Part shown: positions 1 through 10,013 of the stretch, piece after piece
How the letters are laid out: each line of letters begins with the position of its first letter
Numbering within the stretch: the first letter of the stretch is position 1
NCBI GenBank assembly: GCA_963664195.1
Contig: OY760907.1
Coordinates: forward strand, 3,776,353 to 3,840,352
Length of the DNA stretch: 64,000 nt
Reading direction: 5' to 3'
From: an uncultured candidate division Zixibacteria bacterium
GTDB lineage: Bacteria; Zixibacteria; MSB-5A5; GN15; FEB-12
Notes under the pieces: generated by a model
What the model was told of the DNA's origin: nothing
Database searches by the model: none
The model's input: the letters and a program-made list of their open reading frames with translations, nothing else
Translations under genes and position numbers: made by a program

Positions 1-906
1 AGTCTGCAGTTTGGCAGCAAGATCATCCATTCCTTCGCCGAGTTCGGCCGTGATCGTGAGCGTCTGCTTACCGGTGACTGACTCGCCCTTTTCCTGGTAA
101 TTGAGTGTGAACGTGTAATCACCGGCACTGCCGACGGTTACGGGCCCACTCAACTGACCGGTGGAAGTGACTTCAGCGGCGGTGGCCGCGGCGGCCAGGG
201 TCAGGTTGTTGCCGAAAGCATCCGTCAGGTTGATATCGCCAGAAGTCTTAGTGGCAGCGCCAGAAGCCTGGAGAACGTCGAGCTGATGGACCGCTTCGTT
301 CAGGTTTGAAGGATCACCGTCGGTGTTGGCCAGCGAGAGACCGAGAGAGGTCGTGTTCAGCGTGGCAGACGATTCCGATACGCGAGTAGCGGAGATCGAA
401 TGTGCGCCGGAAGTCAGACCGGACTCTTTGATCGTCAGACCGGATGAGTTCGCCGACGTGATCGTAGCGACATTGTTCTTGGAACCGTCGATCAACTTCT
501 TGGTACCGAACTGGGTGGTAGAAGCGATACGATCGATGGTTTTCAGGGCGTTGTCGATTTCAGCCTGGTCCGCTTTCAACTGATCTGTGTCGTTGAAGCC
601 TTCGTTGGCGGCGTGAATAGCCAGTTCTCTCATGGAGATCAACAGGCTGTTGATTTCAGTGAGAGCGCCTTCAGCGGTCTGGATCATGGTGATTGATCCT
701 TCCGAATTCTGGATCGCGCGGTTCAGACCGGCGATCTGAGCGCGGAACTGCTCAGAAATAACGAGACCTGCAGGATCGTCGGACGCGGAGTTAATCCGGA
801 AGCCCGAAGACAGCTTCTGCATGGACTTTTCCTGCGCTGCCGTGGTGAGCGCAAGATTTCGGTTGGCGTTAAGCGCCGAAAGATTGTGGTTAATGCGAAG
901 TGACAT
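1..906 (-). CDS. fliC: Flagellin, N-terminal part (continues beyond window start)
   Basis: Manual translation from ATG at 906: MSLRINHNLSALNANRNL...KLSSGFRINSASDDPAGLVISEQFRAQIAGLNRAIQN...QTAEGAL; RBS AAGGAGG upstream; frame open to base 1. Confidence 0.97.
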   Translation of the reverse strand, partial: MSLRINHNLSALNANRNLALTTAAQEKSMQKLSSGFRINSASDDPAGLVISEQFRAQIAGLNRAIQNSEGSITMIQTAEGALTEINSLLISMRELAIHAANEGFNDTDQLKADQAEIDNALKTIDRIASTTQFGTKKLIDGSKNNVATITSANSSGLTIKESGLTSGAHSISATRVSESSATLNTTSLGLSLANTDGDPSNLNEAVHQLDVLQASGAATKTSGDINLTDAFGNNLTLAAAATAAEVTSTGQLSGPVTVGSAGDYTFTLNYQEKGESVTGKQTLTITAELGEGMDDLAAKLQT

Positions 907-1130
907 TCGTCATCCTCCTTGAATATTACTTAAAGGTTTCCTTACCATTGTTTCCGTAGCATTGGAATGGTATGTCACTTCCTATGTTCGCTTGAAATTC
1001 TAGAGCATCCTCATCCAATGGGAGCTCTCTTACTGGGTGTCTGTTCCCTATGTCCTCCTGTGATCTCAAGGATACCGTCCCTTGTACTGTATATAAATCA
1101 AACATACTTAGTCCGTTTCTCATACCTTTG

Positions 1131-1157
1131 TGATCGGTATTTCCCCTTTGGACTTAA
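1131..1157 (-). promoter_or_regulatory. Sigma28 (FliA)-type promoter of flagellin
   Basis: Minus strand TTAA-N15-ACCGATCA vs consensus TAAA-N15-GCCGATAA, upstream of fliC. Confidence 0.7.
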
Positions 1158-1211
1158 CACCGTAACCCGGCTTTTTTTGGCCTTCTTAAAAAGAAGCCAA
1201 AATCGCTCCAT

Positions 1212-3947
1212 TCAAGCCTCTCCGACCGGTTCGGCCAGTCCGGCGAGCCGTTGTTGTGCGGGCTTGAACTCAGAGTCGATCTGGAGTATTCTCCGGTACC
1301 CCATCAAGGCTGAATCTCTATGTCCCATATGGAGATAGCACTCCGACAGGCGGAACAGTGCGAGAACGTCGTCCACTTTCACACCGAGATACTTCTCGTA
1401 GTAACTCAATGCAGTTTCATAATCGCCAGTTCCTGACCAGAGATCACCGATCACACGCAGAATGTCGATTTCCTGCGGCTCAAGGCTGTAATATCGTTCA
1501 AGTAGTGGCACCGCATTGTCCGGCCGACCCAACCGAATCTCTACCAGACCGAGGTTTCGGAACGCCGCCGAGGAGACAGGTTCAGTCTCCAAAGCACGGC
1601 GGTATTGTGCCGAGGCCCGATCGTAGTCTTCGAGTTTGAAATAGCAGTTGCCGAGATCGTTGAGCAGCTCTGACGACGTATTCTGTTCGAGCAGCGTCGA
1701 GTAGCAATCGGCGGCCTCACGGTACTGTCCCTGCCCGAATAGAGCACCGGCCAGGTCACCGGCGATTTGCGCGTTGTCAGGATCGAGGTCCTGAGCCGTT
1801 TTGAGCATACAAACCGCTTCGCTGTTTTTCCCGGCCCGGAGTAACACCCGACCCAATCGAGCCGTTACTTCAGCGTCTCGTGATTCGTTTTCGAGCACGG
1901 TCCGGTAGCAGTTTTCGGCGCGGGCGTACTCTCCCCTGTTGGCGGCAAGGTAACCCAGCCCCATCCAGGATTCGCGAGAGTAGTTGCCTGTCTTCACCTG
2001 GCGATTCATGCACTGCTCGGCCTCGGATGTCTTGCCCTGTGTCATCAGTACGCGCCCGAGATAGCCGCTGGCTTCAAGGTAGGCCGGATCAAGCTCGACC
2101 GTCTTCCGATAGAACTGCTCGGCTTTCTGCACATCACCGGAGACATCAGCTATCATCGCCAGTCCGTAGAAAGCCGCTACCCGTGAGTCGAGATGCATAA
2201 TGATCATGTTCTCAGATTCGGCACCGGCATCGTACGCTGCCTGCACGTCCACGTATTTCTGGTAATGCACGGCGGCATCATCGTACTGCTCCTGTGCGGC
2301 GGCGACATGCCCCAGCAATAGCAGCGGGTCAAGGTAGTCCGGCTTTTCATCCAATGCCCGATTGGCGAATTCAATCGCCTTCTCAAAGTCTTTGCAGTAG
2401 AAATGGGTCCAGGCGAGCTGGCTGAGGCACATCAGATAAATGTACCGACTCTGTTTGTCCGGCGGCGTGGAGAGTTCAACCGCACGCCCGGCCATTTTGA
2501 TGATCCGGTCTGCATGGACAGTGAGATCGTCTTCACGCAATCCGCACAGCAACTGTGCGTAGTTGAAGAGTGCAAAGGCGTTGTCGGGGTTCTCTTCGAG
2601 TTGCTTTTCGAGCAGAGCACTGGTACGTTCGGCCTTTTTCTGCATCTTCTCTTTCGAGAGATCGTAGCCAAGGTGTCGTATTCTTGCCGGGGTGCGATGT
2701 ACGACCGTCTCCGGCTTCAACGTCAGCACGTTGTGGACAATTCCCTCATAGCGAAGGCCTGTCTCGCTGCGGAAGAACCTCACCGACGGCAGGAAAGTCT
2801 TCTCTTCGTTATTGTCGCCGTAGACGTTGAAGACGTTGATCGAAATGATGTTGCAGTTCTGGTCACCAAGCAGAGGCCTGACGATCTTAAGATCGTCCAC
2901 TTCGAACCGCTCGTCAGCGTCTATAATAAATATCCAATCGCTCGAAGCCTGTTCAATCGAGTAGTTGCGATGCTTGGAGAAGTTGCCCTCCCACGGTTGG
3001 TGGAAGATCTTCGCCCCATACTGCTCGGCAATCTCAACCGTGCGGTCCGTGGACCCGGTGTCAACGAGAATGATTTCATCGACCCAATCCCGGATCGATT
3101 CCAAACAACCTTCAAGCAGTTCTTCCTCGTCCTTGACAATCATACAGGCGGACACGGTAGGTCTTTCCTCCAACGTGGCGGCGAGCATACGAAGCTCCTG
3201 CGCCTGTCGGCAGGTCTTGAGCCCCTGTTCTACAACGGTTCGTGCTTTGCCACGTTGCTGCTGTGAGATGAAGAGATTAGCGAGGTTGACATAGGGCAAG
3301 TAGTTGCCGGGGTCAGCCGAAATAGAGCGTCCGTAGGCGGCTTCGGCTTCTTCGAGCTGTTTCTTCTCTTTGAAGGCAGTCGCAAGGAAATTGTATAGCT
3401 GTGAGGCATGGGCGTCGTTGGCGGTTATGTCCGCGGGCATTGCCTTCCCTTGAGTGATCGCATTCAGAATCGCCAGATACTGACTGCAAGCCTCGATGGC
3501 GGCATCGTATTCACGCAGTGTCAGACTGATATAGGCCTGAATGTAGTAGATATCCATAGATTCGGCGGCGGCGGCGATGGCTCGTTTGACAATCTTCTCA
3601 GCTTCGAGACACTGCCCCAAGTGCCCGTAACCGAGCGCCAGCAGGCGATTGTAATCGTCACGCTGATCTGTTTGCGCGAACGGATAGAGTCTTTCCAAGT
3701 GCCCCACAGCCTGCGGAATCTTCGGCGCCTGGCCAGCGCGCCCGTAGTACGTTCCGAGGGCCAGGGCGGCGGGAATGTTCTCAGGGTCGTTACGAACCTC
3801 GCTCATCAGTTGATCGAGCGTCACCTCGCGGTTATTCTCAAACGCATCCCGCCCGCATTTGTTAGTCTGACTGCGCGATGAATTCCGGCGACGGTTCTGG
3901 TGTTTGATCGCCGACTGTTTCGCCTTTTGCTTCTTGTTTTTTCCCAC
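1212..3947 (-). CDS. TPR-repeat family 2 glycosyltransferase, probably flagellin glycosylation
   Basis: GT2 core SACMIVKDEE...VDTGSTDRT...IDADE flanked by many TPRs; adjacent to fliC. Confidence 0.9.
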   Translation of the reverse strand: MGKNKKQKAKQSAIKHQNRRRNSSRSQTNKCGRDAFENNREVTLDQLMSEVRNDPENIPAALALGTYYGRAGQAPKIPQAVGHLERLYPFAQTDQRDDYNRLLALGYGHLGQCLEAEKIVKRAIAAAAESMDIYYIQAYISLTLREYDAAIEACSQYLAILNAITQGKAMPADITANDAHASQLYNFLATAFKEKKQLEEAEAAYGRSISADPGNYLPYVNLANLFISQQQRGKARTVVEQGLKTCRQAQELRMLAATLEERPTVSACMIVKDEEELLEGCLESIRDWVDEIILVDTGSTDRTVEIAEQYGAKIFHQPWEGNFSKHRNYSIEQASSDWIFIIDADERFEVDDLKIVRPLLGDQNCNIISINVFNVYGDNNEEKTFLPSVRFFRSETGLRYEGIVHNVLTLKPETVVHRTPARIRHLGYDLSKEKMQKKAERTSALLEKQLEENPDNAFALFNYAQLLCGLREDDLTVHADRIIKMAGRAVELSTPPDKQSRYIYLMCLSQLAWTHFYCKDFEKAIEFANRALDEKPDYLDPLLLLGHVAAAQEQYDDAAVHYQKYVDVQAAYDAGAESENMIIMHLDSRVAAFYGLAMIADVSGDVQKAEQFYRKTVELDPAYLEASGYLGRVLMTQGKTSEAEQCMNRQVKTGNYSRESWMGLGYLAANRGEYARAENCYRTVLENESRDAEVTARLGRVLLRAGKNSEAVCMLKTAQDLDPDNAQIAGDLAGALFGQGQYREAADCYSTLLEQNTSSELLNDLGNCYFKLEDYDRASAQYRRALETEPVSSAAFRNLGLVEIRLGRPDNAVPLLERYYSLEPQEIDILRVIGDLWSGTGDYETALSYYEKYLGVKVDDVLALFRLSECYLHMGHRDSALMGYRRILQIDSEFKPAQQRLAGLAEPVGEA

Positions 3948-3964
3948 GACTTGGAGTCTTTCAT

Positions 3965-5626
3965 TTAAGTGGCTGACATTTCCGGGGCGGTTTCTGGCTC
4001 AAGACTGCTCGCTCTTTCCGTTGATTCGACCATCTCCGCGAGCAGAGCGGCGATTTCGCGCACTTTGTCGGCATGGTTAAAACGGCGGGTGATGTACTCA
4101 CGATTCGATTTGCGCTGCCTGTTTACATCTTCCCGCTCCAACTTCTGCAGGAGACCGAGACAACCGTCGGGATCCTGATAGAGGGCACTCTCAGGGTAAA
4201 GATAATCCGCTCCATACCAATGGTGGACGAGCGGCAAAAGACCGCTGGCCATCCCTTCCGCTACGGAATAGTGGAACGACTCGAACAACGAGGTGGAGAT
4301 CACAAATCCCTTATCGGCGTACCAAGCCGGCATGTCGTCGACCCAGCCGTCGAAATGGATCGGCAGCTTGTTATTCTTCAGGAAATGGTCAAAATAGAGT
4401 TGTATGCGCGAGTCCTGATGGCTCCCCGCTATGTGGAGACTATATTCGGGATCATATTCATAAATCTTCTTGAAGCAATAGAGTAGAAGGGCAGGATTCT
4501 TCTTGTAGTTAATGTACCCGACCGACGCGATTTTTTTCGAGTCCGGCTTGTTTTCGGGCATAACAAACTTGTTCAGGTCAACACCGTTGTGGATCACGCT
4601 GGTGTTGATCCTCGCCGATATCTGTTGGCGGAACAATTCGTCCACCGATTTATTGACAAACAACAAGTGGTCGACCTTGCTCCAATCCACCTGTGAGGGC
4701 ATTTCGGTGAATGCCTCGTAGCTGTGCAGGCGACAGATAATCCGACAGGTCTTCGGCAGTTTGGTGGCCTCGATCACCAGTTGATCGCACCATTCAAACC
4801 AGGCAATGTCCGCCCAGGCCATGAGGTCGCTCATCTGCCCAACAGTCTGTCCCTCAAACATACGGATATCGTTATCTGCACCGAGGTAGTCCATGATGTC
4901 GGTCAGGAACGCCTTGTGAGTCGCGAAGAACGCTATGCGCTGGCCCTTGACTCCGGCATCGCGAGTTTCTGCTATGCGTTTGATGCCATTTGTCTCCAAC
5001 TCAGGCATGGCGTTCTCGAAAATCTCAAGCCATCGCGTAACCTCGGCCTTTGAGCATTCGCTCAGACTGTCGGATTTCTGTTGACGGTTGAGCATTCTGC
5101 ATCCGTAGTCGGCGAGCCGGTTCTCCAAACAGAACGCCATGGCATTATTGCGAGCACGACTATCGTTCACCGACAGTCTGAGGGCACGCGAGTACACACC
5201 GAGGGCGCGCCACCGATTCCCCTTTCTGGACCAGGCCACTGCGATGTCGTTAAGTAACGACAAGTTTTCCGGATACAGCTTCCGCAGGCGCGTGAGCCGT
5301 GCAAGCGCAGTATCGTAATCACCGTCCATAATGGCGAGAAAGGCGAGATTGAAATTGGCGTCAAAGTCATCGGGGACTATGTCAGTGGCCCGTGTCAGGT
5401 ACGCTCGCGCGTCTTCGCGCCTTTCGAGCCTTACGGCCACCAGTCCGGCGGTTGTTTGGATTTCAAGAATGTCTCTGCGACGGTCGGCCAGTTGCGTCAG
5501 AACGGGCCAGGCTCCCTCAAGGTCACCCTTGTCCAGAAGCAGGTTTGCACGTCGGTTCAGTTCTTCGTCGGATGTCGCGGGAGATTCCGCAGGCTTTGAC
5601 GGTCTGCGTGATTTGATACGTAACAT
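3965..5626 (-). CDS. TPR + GT-B (family 4-like) glycosyltransferase
   Basis: N-terminal TPR-like helices; C-terminal IHNGVDL and ESFHYSVAEGMASG (EX7E) motifs. Confidence 0.85.
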   Translation of the reverse strand: MLRIKSRRPSKPAESPATSDEELNRRANLLLDKGDLEGAWPVLTQLADRRRDILEIQTTAGLVAVRLERREDARAYLTRATDIVPDDFDANFNLAFLAIMDGDYDTALARLTRLRKLYPENLSLLNDIAVAWSRKGNRWRALGVYSRALRLSVNDSRARNNAMAFCLENRLADYGCRMLNRQQKSDSLSECSKAEVTRWLEIFENAMPELETNGIKRIAETRDAGVKGQRIAFFATHKAFLTDIMDYLGADNDIRMFEGQTVGQMSDLMAWADIAWFEWCDQLVIEATKLPKTCRIICRLHSYEAFTEMPSQVDWSKVDHLLFVNKSVDELFRQQISARINTSVIHNGVDLNKFVMPENKPDSKKIASVGYINYKKNPALLLYCFKKIYEYDPEYSLHIAGSHQDSRIQLYFDHFLKNNKLPIHFDGWVDDMPAWYADKGFVISTSLFESFHYSVAEGMASGLLPLVHHWYGADYLYPESALYQDPDGCLGLLQKLEREDVNRQRKSNREYITRRFNHADKVREIAALLAEMVESTERASSLEPETAPEMSAT

Positions 5627-5741
5627 CGATATCCTATCTCTGTACTCAGCGCCTTCTCCGGGCGCCGTTCGTTTGGTTCTACAGTCTTACACGGACGGCG
5701 TGAACCCCCATCCGACGGGACTGCAACGGGCAACGTCGATC

Positions 5742-6230
5742 CTAGACGCCGACCAGTTCTTCATGCCGCTCGTACGTTTCGTGCTCCGGCTGGCGGGCGC
5801 GATCGAGCGTGTCCAGAATCGAGTGGCGCACCTGATACCGCGAATTGACCAGGACGAGCTGTTTTGCGCGACGGTTCTCGGTGTTGACCAGAATCGGTCC
5901 CTGAAGATTGGCAGACATACGCTGAGGGTCTTCCGGGATCGTCACGACCACATAAGTCTCGACCTTGGACACGTCAGCAACCTCCAGTTCCGCAATCTCA
6001 TTGGAATTGATTTCAATGCGATAATCCGGGAACAGCAAGACGGGATTAAACACCAGAAATGCCACGGCCGGATCCTCGGTGGACTGGAGCCAGTGGAACG
6101 GCACAAGCTCTTCCATCTCGATCATGCAGAACGTTTGCAGTGATTCGAATCCGAGAATCGGCCTCTCCATTTTGATAACCTTGTTCTCGGGGACCTCAAG
6201 CGGTCCGAATCGCAGGCTGTTGATAATCAT
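5742..6230 (-). CDS. fliW: Flagellar assembly factor FliW
   Basis: PILGFE, FHWLQS, MSANLQGPILVN motifs; csrA/flagellin context. Confidence 0.95.
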   Translation of the reverse strand: MIINSLRFGPLEVPENKVIKMERPILGFESLQTFCMIEMEELVPFHWLQSTEDPAVAFLVFNPVLLFPDYRIEINSNEIAELEVADVSKVETYVVVTIPEDPQRMSANLQGPILVNTENRRAKQLVLVNSRYQVRHSILDTLDRARQPEHETYERHEELVGV

Positions 6231-6255
6231 TTAATAGCACCCTTTCCTTTGCGCT

Positions 6256-8190
6256 TTATCTCAAGAAGTCCAGTAAGCTGGGTTGAATGATTCTTGCCGT
6301 GGCCATCATAGCGGCCTGATATGAGTTCTCTGCCGTCTGGAGATCGGTCAGGACCTGGGTCAGATCCGCGTCCTCGACCTCGGAGAGCAGTTTCGTAAAA
6401 TTCAGATTGAGACTGACCAGCCTTGAACTCGTTGTTTCCAGACGAGTCGCCCTCGAGCCGACTTCTGCCCGAACTTCGAGCGTGTGGGTCATGGCGTCGT
6501 CGAAACTCTGCAGGAGCATACCGACAGCATCGGCATCGTCGTTCTTCAGGCTCTCCGAGAGAACCAGCATCGTACCGATCATGTCCGAAGAGCCAAACAC
6601 GCCCAGAGTCTTGGCAGCCCGCCCGTCACCCTCTTCCACAATGGCCAGGGACCGGTTAGGGTCAGCGTTCTCGATCTGTAGGCCGCGTCCATCGGAGTTT
6701 ATCGCCGCCACGACATCAAGGTTTGATCCGTTGATATAGTCGATCACGTCCTGAACCGTGCTCAGTGCGGGATCGGAGAAATCAACTGTCAGTTTCTTCT
6801 CCCCCTGCCAGATAACAAAAGCGTCACCTTCAAGCCCCAGCCCGTTGCTGAGATCGGAGAGCAAGGAGGTGGCCAGCAGGCGTGGATCCAGATCCTCACC
6901 GTTGGCGTCGCTTGTGAACGTGCCTAGTATGCCCAGATCGGCGCCCGTGGTACCGGTCGTTTCCGCAATCTCATACGAAGCCTGTGGCTCCAGGTCTGTT
7001 CCGACCAGATTAGCGCCTACGGAGCCAACAATTCCCAATTGCGTGGCAGTAGTATCGTCCCTGCTCATATCCGTGACTTGAATATCCACCGGTGGGACGT
7101 TGGCATCAGCAATCTGAAAACCAGTTCCGGCGGCATTGACCGACAAAGTGACGTTCGGAATGCCGGCGGCGGCCATTTGCGTGTTAAACTCGCTGATGAC
7201 ATCACCGACGGTCTCCGCACCGGAGAGGTCGATATTCGTGGGCACGCCCATCCCCTCGGTGACGCGAATGATTCCCATCTCGGGAACAACACCGCTGCCA
7301 CTATGGAGCTGAGTCAAACGTGTCGAGGCCGATATCTGACCGGTGTCAGTAGTATCAATGCGCAGGCTGTTGCCGTCATCACTGATTGACACGGTCACAC
7401 CTGTGTTCATCCCCTGCGCGGTGAGTTCATCGTTGATTTTTGTTAGAAGCTCGTCAACCGTGGTTGCCGGCGGCGGCGTGTTCAGGTCAATCGTAGCCGA
7501 CACACCGGTAATATTGTTGTCGGTGATAGTAAACGTGCCCGTACCGATGTCAATCCCGTTGCCGTTATTCAGATCGGTCAACAGCGTATCGCCCGAAACA
7601 CCGATGTTTACGTCGGCATCCTCGCCGAGTATGGCATACGACTCAAGGAACGTTTCCGATCCGGTGAAATTCATTGTCTGGCGGATCGAGGATTCGATTT
7701 CAAAGTCGATATGACCGTCATCGCCACGGTACACGGCACCGAACGAACTGAGTTCGAACGGGTCAGTCTTCGTTTTGTAGCCTGAGAACATTCGACGGCC
7801 GTCGAGCTGCGTACGCGACAACTGCATGATCTGGTCGAGAATGGAATCAATCTCGTTTCCTGCTGTTTGACGTGCGGTCTCATCGTACGTATCGTTTGAC
7901 ATTGTGACCGCAATCTCCTTGGCTTCGGACAGGAGGTTCTTCGTATCGGCAAGGATGTTGTCATAAGACCCCTGCCAGTTCTGTCCCTGACTAATGTTGC
8001 GCTGGAACTGCTCGATTTTTGACAGTTCCGTGCGGTAGTCAAGATCTCGAAGCGTGCCCAGCGGATCATCAGAAGGCTTGTTGATCCGTCGGCCGGACGA
8101 CATATTAGTCTGAAGGTCCATGTACCTTTGCAGAGATCGCTGCATATTGAACACAACCTGACCCGTCATCATGCTGCTTGTAACGCGCAT
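6256..8190 (-). CDS. flgL: Hook-associated protein 3 FlgL (extended, 644 aa)
   Basis: MRVT...SSGRRINKPSDDP N-terminus; EVEDADL...QPSLLDFLR C-terminus. Confidence 0.95.
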   Translation of the reverse strand: MRVTSSMMTGQVVFNMQRSLQRYMDLQTNMSSGRRINKPSDDPLGTLRDLDYRTELSKIEQFQRNISQGQNWQGSYDNILADTKNLLSEAKEIAVTMSNDTYDETARQTAGNEIDSILDQIMQLSRTQLDGRRMFSGYKTKTDPFELSSFGAVYRGDDGHIDFEIESSIRQTMNFTGSETFLESYAILGEDADVNIGVSGDTLLTDLNNGNGIDIGTGTFTITDNNITGVSATIDLNTPPPATTVDELLTKINDELTAQGMNTGVTVSISDDGNSLRIDTTDTGQISASTRLTQLHSGSGVVPEMGIIRVTEGMGVPTNIDLSGAETVGDVISEFNTQMAAAGIPNVTLSVNAAGTGFQIADANVPPVDIQVTDMSRDDTTATQLGIVGSVGANLVGTDLEPQASYEIAETTGTTGADLGILGTFTSDANGEDLDPRLLATSLLSDLSNGLGLEGDAFVIWQGEKKLTVDFSDPALSTVQDVIDYINGSNLDVVAAINSDGRGLQIENADPNRSLAIVEEGDGRAAKTLGVFGSSDMIGTMLVLSESLKNDDADAVGMLLQSFDDAMTHTLEVRAEVGSRATRLETTSSRLVSLNLNFTKLLSEVEDADLTQVLTDLQTAENSYQAAMMATARIIQPSLLDFLR

Positions 8191-8250
8191 TCTGTTTACC
8201 TCAAAGCCTCTGTCGCCAATCCGATCTGTTGCCGGATTCTGTTTACTGCT

Positions 8251-8568
8251 CTAGCCCCTGTTGTCGCTTCCAGTTCTGCCAGGCGGATTATCCTTGTAAT
8301 CCACCACCGAAGACTTGTCGCTGTCGTTGTCGCCGGAGATTCTGCCCTTGATCATCTTGACCATACCGAGCAGGTCACCTTTGACCGTTTTGGCCGCCTT
8401 GCGGTTTTCTTCCTGAATCTTGACATAGATCTCTTCGCGGTGCACTACGACATCGCTTGGAGCCTCTATCCCCAGCCGGACCTGGCGTCCTCTAATCCCC
8501 AATACCGACACGCGAATGCTGTCGCCGATGGTGATCGATTCGCCTAACTTCCTTGTTAGAATTAGCAA
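8251..8568 (-). CDS. csrA: Carbon storage regulator CsrA with C-terminal extension
   Basis: [16 protein letters not shown]...VRLGIEAP...VHREEIY; TTG start with GGAGGG RBS. Confidence 0.97.
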   Translation of the reverse strand: MLILTRKLGESITIGDSIRVSVLGIRGRQVRLGIEAPSDVVVHREEIYVKIQEENRKAAKTVKGDLLGMVKMIKGRISGDNDSDKSSVVDYKDNPPGRTGSDNRG

Positions 8569-8612
8569 ATCACCCTCCGTGGTGTGATCTACCCCTCACG
8601 GGGTTGTTATGT

Positions 8613-10013
8613 TTATCTTCCTACTCTACCCATACCGGTAATTACTGTCCCGAGCGCCTCATCCATCACCGTGATAACCCGCGCCGCCGCATCGTAGGCG
8701 TGCTGGAACTTGATCATGTTGGCCATTTCCTCATCGAGGTTTACGCCCTGTACGGACTGCCTCTGGTTATCGATTTGCTGTACGAGAAGCTCATAGTTTG
8801 AGGCAAAGGAGGTGGCCTCCCGCGCCTCCACACCCAGGTTACCCACCAGGCTATTGTAGAAATCGTTCATTGTTGACGTATTGGCCGACATCACGTCGGC
8901 GTTGCGAAGCTCTGCGATGGCCAGAGCAATGTTACCGTCCTCAACATCGGCGTCGGACGACGACGAGGTCGCGATCCGGTTGATATCTGATACGATATCC
9001 TGATTCAATCGAATGTTGCCGGCATCGGTGAAATCGGGGTCGAAGAAATTGACTCCGGTTGTGCCGTTGGCGCCGTAGCCGGTCGCATGCAAAGCGTTGA
9101 CCTGCTCGATAATCGACCTGGCCAGTTCATCAAGCTCACTCTGGTATCTTGGAATGACGACATCGCGGCTCTCTTTAAGTCCGGCAAGTTGACCGTTCAA
9201 GTTGGTCAATTCAATGTCGGTTCCCTCCCACACAAGCTTGTGCGTTGTCTTGCCGTCGATCACTTCCGGCTTTGCCTCAATATCGAAAGAGGCGGAACCG
9301 TCGACGAGAATCATCGCTCCCATGGCGACGGTTGTGGCACCGTTTGCATTCTCGGTGACCCTGACATCAATCAGCGATGACAGCTCGTCGGTCAACAGAT
9401 CACGCATATCGCGAAGGTCCATGGCCTGGTCATTGCCAAGCTCGACCGTCTTAATCTGGTGATTGAGGCGGGCTATTTCACTGGTGACGCGGTTGACCTC
9501 GGCGGTCATATTACCCAGATCGCGATCGGTCGACGTCTTAAGTTCTTCCAGGCTTTTGGACAGCTGCCTGAAACCGTTGATAAGCTGATTGGCATTCGCC
9601 AGCACGCTGTTGCGATTGGCGGCAGAGTCGGAATTGGTCGAAAGCTCGGACCATGCATTCCAGAACTCGTTCATGGTAGTGCCGAGGGAGTTTTCCTGAG
9701 GTTCGTTGAATACCGACTCGATCTGGCTCAGCGTCTTTTCCTTGTAAGCCCAATCACCCAGCGCCTTCTGCGCCTCACGGTACTGTTTGCCCAGAAAGAG
9801 ATCTCTGACGTGACGAATGTCCGTAACCGTTACACCGGTACCTATCGGTCCCATCGTACTTGACTCCGGCTGGGACGCGGAAATTCTCACGCGCTGACGG
9901 CTGTAGCCAAGTGTATTCACGTTTGCTATGTTATGACTGATAGTCTGGAGCGATATCTGTTGCGAGAGCAAAGCCCGTTTTCCGATTTCCAATCCTGCAA
10001 ACAATCCCGGCAT
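8613..10013 (-). CDS. flgK: Hook-associated protein 1 FlgK
   Basis: HNIANVNTLGYSRQ; GVNLDEEMANMIKFQHAYDAAARVI. Confidence 0.97.
   Translation of the reverse strand: MPGLFAGLEIGKRALLSQQISLQTISHNIANVNTLGYSRQRVRISASQPESSTMGPIGTGVTVTDIRHVRDLFLGKQYREAQKALGDWAYKEKTLSQIESVFNEPQENSLGTTMNEFWNAWSELSTNSDSAANRNSVLANANQLINGFRQLSKSLEELKTSTDRDLGNMTAEVNRVTSEIARLNHQIKTVELGNDQAMDLRDMRDLLTDELSSLIDVRVTENANGATTVAMGAMILVDGSASFDIEAKPEVIDGKTTHKLVWEGTDIELTNLNGQLAGLKESRDVVIPRYQSELDELARSIIEQVNALHATGYGANGTTGVNFFDPDFTDAGNIRLNQDIVSDINRIATSSSSDADVEDGNIALAIAELRNADVMSANTSTMNDFYNSLVGNLGVEAREATSFASNYELLVQQIDNQRQSVQGVNLDEEMANMIKFQHAYDAAARVITVMDEALGTVITGMGRVGR

Noticed and set aside
926..1123. 65-aa ORF upstream of fliC
   Set aside because: Starts at the predicted TSS with no family resemblance; better explained as the GGA-rich leader, though a leader peptide is not formally excluded
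1172..1200. Hairpin after the GT2 gene as its terminator
   Set aside because: On the coding (minus) strand the stem is followed by an A-run, not a U-run
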